64,000 nt of DNA. Origin: Paramoeba atlantica. Its lineage: Eukaryota; Protista; Discosea. The notes under the pieces were generated by a model. It was given only the letters and a program-made list of their open reading frames with translations, searched no databases and was not told the origin of the DNA. Shown here piece after piece: positions 55,847 to 64,000 of the stretch. Each line of letters starts with the position of its first letter. The first letter of the stretch is position 1. Made by a program: the position numbers and the translations under genes. The stretch lies in contig CDRNVI010000137.1 in NCBI GenBank assembly GCA_977017575.1, positions 94,022-158,021 of the forward strand, in the 5' to 3' direction.

Positions 55847-58352
55847 TGGGTTCCTTCCAGGCCAAAAGACTAATTAGGCCTCTATTTTTGACTCTTTTTT
55901 TGAAGCCACTGGTGGGTGGAGGGGAGATTTTTTTTGATAAACTTTTTAATAAAGATCTTTTAAACAAGAATATCAAGAAATATTTGTCCAAATATTGTTT
56001 TTTGAAAAAAAAAATTGAGTCACTAAAAAAAAAAAAACATCATTTTTCAAAAGGACTAATTAGTCCTCAGTCATGTGCCTGCTCATATGGTCAGCAAAGC
56101 AACCTGAACAAAAAATGAGTGTTTGATCACAGGAGCAATAGGTTTGAACTTTCTTTGTACAATTTGTCCCATTGCATCCTACTCTTCTGGTACTCTTGTC
56201 TGGCTTCAGTCCAATTACCATTTCACCAAACTCCAGCAAAGTTGGGCTTGATCATCAGATGATGTTCTACATGAGTTGGGAGTGGTATTCGCAGGTTATA
56301 GCTTTCATCCAAGGGATGATTCTGAGAGAGTAGACCTTGGGCAACCTCAAAACGAAATTCTGCAAAGGAGAGCTCTTTGGCTTGGGGGAAAAAGTGCTGA
56401 AATATGAGGAAGGCATTGACTTCCACAACTACAAGAATGAAAGCAAACTGCCTGTGGACCCATTTTTTGGTCTTCCAGGAACTCTCCAAGGAGAGAGAAC
56501 CTTGCCTCAGTTGGTTGTGATCATCCACACAATGCCTGGTTTGATAGTAAAAGTCAAGAGGCTGAGTATATCACAGGGAGAGTCTTTGGCCTTCAAGCTT
56601 GCAATTTTGTAGGCAACCAGTGGGAAAAGAAGTTCCCCAGGTATTAATCATTATAGAAGAGTGATGAACATCTTGGAAAGCCTCCACATAGAATTTATAA
56701 CCTCTCAGAGATCCTTTCTTCACTTTCACACATAACCAGGTTCCTTCTCCTTGAGGTGTGTAACAATCTCTTTCCCTGGAATTCCTTTGGGCCAATATCA
56801 TTTTTTCTTCACAACTGAAGTACAATACAATCCCTTCTCCAAGAAGTTGAATACAACCTTCCAACACACAAAAACCACTATCCAAAGCAACTACTCGACC
56901 AGTTCCCCAAATTCCCTCAGTCATTCTAAGCATTAAACCAACAGTTTTCGCTCCAGAACCAGATGGAGGTTGAAACTTGGGCAGGCCCATTTCAGGAGGA
57001 TGGGACTTTCCTTCCACAATTTCAAGAAAGAGTATCACTTTAGTCTCCCCACAACCAATTGTATGATATTCATTTCCAAAAGGATGAGGTTTCCTCTGAA
57101 CAAACATCCAACCAGGAGCCCATTTACAGAACCACACCACCATAGACTCATCTAGACAGACCTGTCAACTTGGAACAAAGATGGTCTTCATCTTCTCATT
57201 AAAAGCAGCAATCAGGGGTCGAATTTCCCACATACAGTCTGTGTAAGAGGGTTTTGCAGAGAGAGGAGCAAGTTTAAGAGAGGAGACAATCATATCAAAC
57301 CAATTTCTACTGATATATTTCCTAAGATAAGGCAGTGTACCATGCAAGGAAGATCCAGCTGAATCCTTTGAAATTCGAAAAAAATCCCTTCTTTTATGTC
57401 CTGGGTAGAAAGACATAATCTGGCACAAGGCAATAAAATCAAGCATTTCAGCTTCAGTGAAGTTCAAAGAATGGTTAAACTCATTTGTTGCTTTCAGCAC
57501 ATCAGTTTTTAGAAAGGTTAGAGGTAGAACTTGGAGAAAAATATCGAGGGGAGTGGGGACATAAACAGCATCAAAGCGAATTCTTGTACAGGCCTTGAAG
57601 TCTTGTGCTCCTATCACAGCACAAGCATCAGTTGTTGAGGAAGACCACTCAGAAACACAAAGGAAAGATCATTTTCAACGAGTTCTGCTGCATTGTCTTC
57701 CCCTTCCTCCTCAATATCAGAGCAAGATTCAGTATCTTCATCATCAGTATCAGATGAGCCCAAAACAGGCACAGAGGTTGTTGATGCCTGGGATGAACCA
57801 GAACTTGATCCTCCTGAGCCAGAAGAGGATGATGAAGATGAAGATGGATGAGTTGAAGTCCCACAACCCTCTGAGACATCTGCTTCTCCAACAAACTTCA
57901 AATTTTCAGGAAGAGCCAGAAGGTAATCATTCTGAAAGACAGGAGAATGAAGCAAAACTACCATCTGAGATTTCCTGTCATAGTTCTGAAGTTCCACCCT
58001 TTTCACCCTGAGTGAAGAGAGAGATGCTCCTTGATATTGGTCACCAAAATGTTTCCTTAGAAGATGAGAAGGGCAAAGGTTCACAGCTTTGCAGAACCAA
58101 ATAGTATCCTCCTTCAATTCTTCAATTCTTGGAGAAGTTGATCTAGAACTCATTTTTCTCACCACTGTAACTTTTTTCATTCAGACTTTCTGAGAAAGGC
58201 ATTGTGATGAAAATCAAGAAAAAACCTCAAAGAAACACAAAAGAAAGTAAAAAAAAAAAAAAAAAAGTTCAAAAATGTGCTTTATTTTGGCCAACAAACA
58301 GGAGCCTAATTAGGCCCAAAAAGACTAATTAGGCCCCCCTGGAAAGAACCCG
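55847..58352 (-). mobile_element. piggyBac-like (DDE_Tnp_1_7/PGBD-type) DNA transposon with 15-bp TIRs
   Basis: TIR tgggttccttccagg (55847-55861) vs reverse complement cgggttctttccagg (58338-58352). Subterminal CTAATTAG palindromes at ~55870, 56056, 58306 and 58324. Confidence 0.7.
56060..58180 (-). pseudogene. piggyBac-like transposase, frameshifted
   Basis: Acidic N-terminus; RKPHPFGNEYHTIGC, VVALDSGF and VDDHNQLR (DDD core); C-terminal Cys-rich CNGTNC..YCSC..FCSGCFADH. Confidence 0.85.
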
Positions 58353-58677
58353 ATATAATATTGTTAACCAAAATAAACCTGATCAAATTGTGCAATATCT
58401 TGATGCAATAAATGAGGAAATATATATATATTTGTTCTCATTCTCACTTCTAATCTAAGAGAAGGAAAGAAAAGATTGAAGAAGAGATAAAAAAAAATGA
58501 AAAAATTCACTATGTGAGAATTGAACCTGTTAGATGAATAGATGGTTCTTGCCCTTCTCCTTATTCTCTTGAGGTTTGAAAAAGAAGTTTTTCAATCCCC
58601 CTCCTTTGAAACAAAAATAGAAGACATTATTTGAAAAATAACTTTCTTCAAAAGAACAATGAACCCCCAGAATTTTC

Positions 58678-58723
58678 ATACTCTCTGGGTGCTAATTTGA
58701 AAATTTGTACCCAGAGAGAGTAT
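58678..58723. repeat. short hairpin repeat family, copy 3
   Basis: atactctctgggt-gctaatttgaaaatttgt-acccagagagagtat. Confidence 0.75.
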
Positions 58724-59338
58724 AAGTCTTCTTGCTTGAGGTCATTTGAGTTTTGCTTGTATTGCCACTGAACAAGGAAAGAACTGAAATAGTTACTTCT
58801 TCAAAAAAGATCAAAAGAAATGAGTTCTCTGTTCAAAAAAAAAATGTGAAAAAGGAGGTGAAAAGAAAAGATAAAGAAGATAAAAACTAGTAAGAAAAAG
58901 AAAGAAAAAAGAACCTTGTGTCCTTACCTCTCACAGCTTAATAGATGGTCTCCCTGATCCAGTGTCCCCTCAAGGTAAAATGATTCCCATTTCTCTCAAA
59001 GTTCTTGTTTCTCAAAAGACAAAAGGAATGCCAAATCAAAGAAAGGTCCCAACATTGAACTGGGGTGAGTCATAAAATAATTAAAGAAATAATTGATATT
59101 CTCAAGGGTCCACCAAGTCTAATCCTCTTAAATAACATCAAAGAAATAATAGTGTTGTTTGAACAATATCAAAAGAACTATTTAACTTGTTCATATAAAA
59201 CTCCTTACAATCCATTCAATTTGTTTTGCCTTTCTCAATCTTGGATATTAATCACAAGCACAAAGTGGAGATATTATCATCACAACAAGACACTCCCTCA
59301 ACAGGTATTCAACAAAACCAAATAACTAGAACCCAAAT

Positions 59339-59557
59339 TGTTGGAGGTGAAACAGGGAAAATGATAAAACTGATGTAAGGCATGAGGGTTTAGAGAGGAA
59401 AATGAGAATAAACTTTATTTGTGACAAACAAGGTTGCACAAACAAGTGACAATGGAATAGGTGGTTGCATTGCAATGTCTCAGGAGGATGCAACAATGTC
59501 TGGACAACTTCAATGAAACCAGATTTATCTTAATAAGGTTAGAAGTTGCATCCAACA
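59339..59557 (-). repeat. 3' LTR of copia element (219 bp)
   Basis: Bounded by TGTTGGA...TCCAACA inverted termini. The polypurine tract GGATGGAGGAGAG immediately precedes it on the minus strand (59558-59570). Confidence 0.85.
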
Positions 59558-59580
59558 CTCTCCTCCATCCAATGAATACT

Positions 59581-62500
59581 TCAATGCAATCCGGAAAAAC
59601 AAACATTCATGTGTCTCTCATGCAGGATTCTCTTGAGAGGCTTGGTCATCACGTCTGCATGTTGTACAGAGGAACAGTGATAAACAAGAGAAATGGTCTT
59701 ATTTTCAATCAACTCTCGAATAAAATGCAGTTTAATATCAATGTGCTTGGTTCTTGACTTGATCATCGGGTTGTTTGCAATGTCAATAGCTTGTTGATTG
59801 TCCTCATAAATTAAAATAGGGGTTTTAACCATCAAACCCAGAGTCTCCAACAATTGTTTCAGATACATAATCTCTTTTGTAACCTCAGCTAATGCATAAT
59901 ATTCAGCATCAGTTGATGAGAGTTTCACAGAAGGGGTTGTCTTGAAACACCAGGAAATCAGATTGGAGCATAAGAAAACCAAATAGCCATAGGTGGAGCA
60001 ACAGTCATATTGATCAGCAAAGGCAGCATCACAAAACACACTCAAATCAACAGTCATCAATTTGGGGTCAAAACCAGCAGGGTGGACAAATTTGATTTCC
60101 TCATTAGGGCGTCCATTCAGATAAGAAATAAGGTGACAAATAGTGTTCTCAAGTTCTTTGGAGGGACAGGTTTGGAACTTGCAGATCTGGCCAACAGCAT
60201 ATGAGATATCTGGTCAGGTGTTGGAGGCATACAAGAACTTCCCATTGATCGTGGGGATAGCTATCAGGGCACAATCTTATTTTTGGGTCAGCAGGGGTCT
60301 TGTAGTGGATTCAAACCAGGTGATTGTATTCTTGACAGATCAACTTCACATAATCAGATTGGTCCAAAGAAACTTGAAAGAGCTCATCTTGCTTGATCTG
60401 CATTCCAATCAACCAATCAACTGTGTCAAAGTATTTTAGATCATATTTTCCACACATGTATTCCATGAAGCGCTCGTGCAATTTTATGCAGGTGGAAAAC
60501 CAGGTCAAGTCATCTACAATAGCAACCAAAAACATAATTCCATTTGATTCAGCAATCATGAACAGACAAAGATCAACATCATTCCAAATGAAGCCAAAAG
60601 CCAATAGGGACTCAACCAAATGATTGTACCAGTTTCAACCAGCAGGGGGGTATCCATAAATTCCCTTCAACATCAGCCACACAAAATCATTTCCTTTCTC
60701 AACAAAACCAGGGGGTTGACTTATATAAACAGGTTTCGTGTCAGGATCAACATCAGCACAAACATATGCTGAGGGTACATCACCACCGTGGAGCTTACAT
60801 CCAAATAGGGCAGCCAAACACAGAATGGTTCTCAGAGTGGAGGAGCGGGCAACAGGGGAATACACCTCATTGATGGAATCTGGAATAAATGAAGAGCCAT
60901 TGACACAGTATCGTGACTTGAAGGAAGTAACCTTTCCATGTTGTGTTTTGATGCGATATCTCCACAAACCAGGTAAAATTACCACATTCGAATAATCGAT
61001 TTGGTTCTTGTGGACAAGGACAAAAGCTTTCCTTTTCATGAGGGCATCGCACTCTCTCTTCATTGATTCAAGCCATTCACACTTCTCTTGGGAGGCAATA
61101 GCACCTTTGAAAGTTTTCAGGGTCAATGCAGTTGAGATGTCTTCCTCAGCCATGAGAGCAGCTGTCATTGAGATTTCAAAATCATCCCATTGTTTCTTCT
61201 TCCTTTCTCGAGCAGATCTTCTGGGTTCAGAGGGAGTTTGGGTCAGACTGGGTACAGGTGGGGTAATATCTCGGTCATGTGCACCAGATTCATAGAAACC
61301 ATCTGAATATTCAAAGTTTTCAGGGCCATGGATCAATTCCTCCCCTCCATTTTGGGATTCCTCCTCACAAGGTGTCTCTTCCTCAAGTTCCTCAAATGAG
61401 ATAGGTTCAGAAGATGGTTGCAGTCCGAAAAGGTCAATAGGAGGAGCAGAAGATCCACCAATATACTTCTGGTAGAGAGATTGGACACCAAAGGCAGTCT
61501 TGTCAAAAACCACATTAGCAGACTCAAAAAATTTCTTCACAATTGGGTCCCACATGCAGTAAGCAGCCATATTGGGGGCAGGTCACACATAAATTCTGAA
61601 TCGAACTTTGGGCTTCAATTTCTTCTGTTGTTCCTCAGGTAGCAAAGAGAAAGCATAGCAGCCAAAGGCTCTGAAGTACATCCAGTCAGGTCAGGTTTTG
61701 AAGAGAGCTTCCATTGGTGAGATCTTTGCATCGCCATGGACAGTAGATTGGTAATACAAATCAAAGAATTCAGCTGCTTCAGGCCAGAAGAAGTCAGGAC
61801 AGCGACCAGAATGGAGGTTGGATCTGATTCCCTCTTGAGAGGTATGGTTGTATCTCTCAGCAATTGTGTTTTGTTCATGCTCAGAACGTGCAGACCATTG
61901 AAGATGGATCCCTTTCTCTTTACAAAATTTCAAAAGTTTTCCATGCTTGCCAATGAACATCACATTGGATAATCTTCACACAAGTGTCGCATTGTTGTTC
62001 CAATTTCACGACAGCAACAATAATATCATCAGCAGCATCATTCTTCAGCTTCAAAGACGAACAGAGAGGATGATGAGATTTGTGTTCAATGATTGTCAAC
62101 CGGTACTTGAAGCCACCAATTCCCACAACATTCAAATACAAAATGTCAATGTGAATAAATTCTCCATAATTGAAATCACGCCGTGGTTCGATCTTGATAT
62201 GTGGAGAGCGAGAAAGCTTCCCAGAAACACATCCCAATACACAATCAGTTTTGTCATTGTGGAGCACTCGAGGTAAATTGCGGCCAACTTGAAGCTCAAC
62301 AGTCCATTTAATTGAACTAATGTGTCCAGCCTGTAGGTGCCAAATCAAGAAAGATTCGCGGTGTTGGGGATGGAGCTCACGGTTGCAATGCTTCTTCTTT
62401 CCAAGCAGAGCAGTACCAGGTGATGGGAGTTGGTAAGAGAGGTAGTAGAGGCCATTATTTCATGTTCCAGTTGCAATGACTTCAATCCCAGCCAAATCAG

Positions 62501-64000
62501 ATATATTTCCTTTACAAATTAGGACTCGATCTGAATCAAAAAGCATGAACGCATCCAAATCATCACATGTTGAAGAAACAGAGAGAAGATCATGGGAGAG
62601 GTTTGGAACAAACAAAACTTGACTTAAACTTAAGTCTCTTCCATCTGTGAGGATTGAACCAGTTCCGCGTTTCTCAACAGGTAAAGCAGAACCGTTTGCT
62701 TGGGTTATTGATCCACCAGGGCCAGCAGCGTTATGTTGGATCATGTTAGGGTTGTTTGTGAGGGTAGGAAAAGCGCCAGAATCAACAATCATGTGGTGGG
62801 AACCATCAGCAGCATGAAGAGCAACAGAGTCATCAGTGACATCCAAAAAACAGAATCCATCCGTAGGTTCATTATAGTGCTCATCAGTTTGTTGCTCATC
62901 AAGAAGAAGATCTTGGACAAACTCAAGGAACTCCTCAGTGGAAGGTTTGGTGTAGAAGGCCATTTTGCAGACGCCAGTCATTGCAAATTGTGCGAGAAAT
63001 GCTTCACCAACAGAGGTCTGGGGCTTTCCTTGCTTCTTTCTTTGACATTCATCCTTCCAGTGACCAGTCACCCCACACCAATGGCAATGACCTTGACAAA
63101 CAGTTGAACCACCAGGACGTCAATCACCAGGTTTGAATTTCTTTCCAGTTCTCCAACATTTCTCCTCCTTTGCTTCAGCCAACAAACCAACATGTGGTGG
63201 GAATCCAAAACTGGATTCCTTGCCATATTTAGATAGGACTTTTTCTTCAAAGTGTGCCAAACTATCAACCAAATCCTCAAAAGATAAATCTTTCTGATAT
63301 TTGAGTGTCTCCATGGGTTGGAACTCAGGACCAAGGCCTCGAAGAAGAAGAGCCATCATACAGTGTTCTGAAACAGGTTCATCATTCTCAGCAGATTCTA
63401 TGGCGAGGGCCATACCTCGGGATACATAATCATTGACAGTTTCGTTCTCCTTCTTTTTCAAAGTCATCAACTCGTTCGTGAGGTCCAGCAAAGATGCCAT
63501 TGTTTTCTTGTCGTACTCGTCTTCCAACTTGAGCCAAACATGGTGGGGCTTATGCTTGTAAAAGGGTGCAGCAATCTTAAGTTTTGCGTTCCGCTGCAGA
63601 CAGACGAACAGGAAGCAATAGACCTTCTTTGCATTAAAACGCATTGCCGATCGCATGCAGTGGACTTGAGGAACTGGGATGAGTAGATACTCCGCTAAAC
63701 CATACGAATCCAAATGATTTGTGATGTCATCCTTCCATTTCCGATACTTCTTCTTGGTTCCATCGAAGGGGTATTGCACCTTCATCAGGTCTTTGTGGAC
63801 TTTTCGAGGGTACAACTCAATCTCATCTTCATCTGATGAAAATTCATCAGAGGAATTGCCATAATCATCAGAGCCAAAAGAATCATCGGAATCAGGTGGG
63901 TCAGGATCAGAGTGATCAGGGGGATCTCTCTGAGGCTTCGATGTCAGTGGTGTTGCAGTCTGGTGAGCAGAAGTAGAAGAACAAGAGGCATTTGAAGAAC
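59581..64000 (-). pseudogene. copia gag-pol, frameshifted
   Basis: UBN2-type gag, GHWKDEC knuckle, IVDSGA protease, WHLQAGH pre-integrase, IHIDIL/NTIAERYN integrase, DVPSAY/GIYG/IVDDL RT, FCDAAFA..STDAEY..YEDNQ..KHID RNase H. The frame stays open to the window edge. Confidence 0.93.

Larger units (their letters stand above)
59339..64000 (-). mobile_element. Ty1/copia LTR retrotransposon (5' end beyond window), degenerate
   Basis: Domain order gag-PR-IN-RT-RH on the minus strand, with PPT and 3' LTR present. Confidence 0.95.

Noticed and set aside
58510-58535. tRNA at gagaattgaacc
   Set aside because: Only a B-box-like word is present, with no cloverleaf.

Overview
Eukaryotic, AT-rich, intron-containing genomic DNA. 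An amoebozoan-like protist is inferred from the 2.1 kb expanded 18S; the taxon is not verified. 0.7-7.5 kb: one complete rDNA transcription unit on the minus strand. 9.6-11.4 kb: a frameshifted Crypton/DUF3504-type tyrosine recombinase plus tRNA-Lys(CTT), bracketed by 53-bp direct repeats with a dif/lox-like core. 16-22 kb: di-ubiquitin, a PB1/coiled-coil gene and a 5S rRNA. 22.2-27.4 kb: an RLE-type non-LTR retrotransposon inserted in the 5S terminator tract. 29.4-40.1 kb: a 10.5-kb satellite with a 193-bp monomer organised as a 386-bp dimer. 41-64 kb: nested transposons, namely an L1-like relic, piggyBac-like elements and a Ty1/copia element. The L1-like RT is split by the most interesting object, a ~9-kb candidate DNA transposon (CACGAC...GTCGTG ends, GAAA TSD). 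It carries a spliced RAG1/Transib/Chapaev-like DDE transposase fused to a Ulp1-type protease, facing an intact convergent TET/JBP dioxygenase. Old repeats are CpG-depleted and several in-frame TGA stops look like CGA>TGA, suggesting host cytosine methylation that the TET/JBP cargo could counter. All calls are by eye from motifs; no database search was run.
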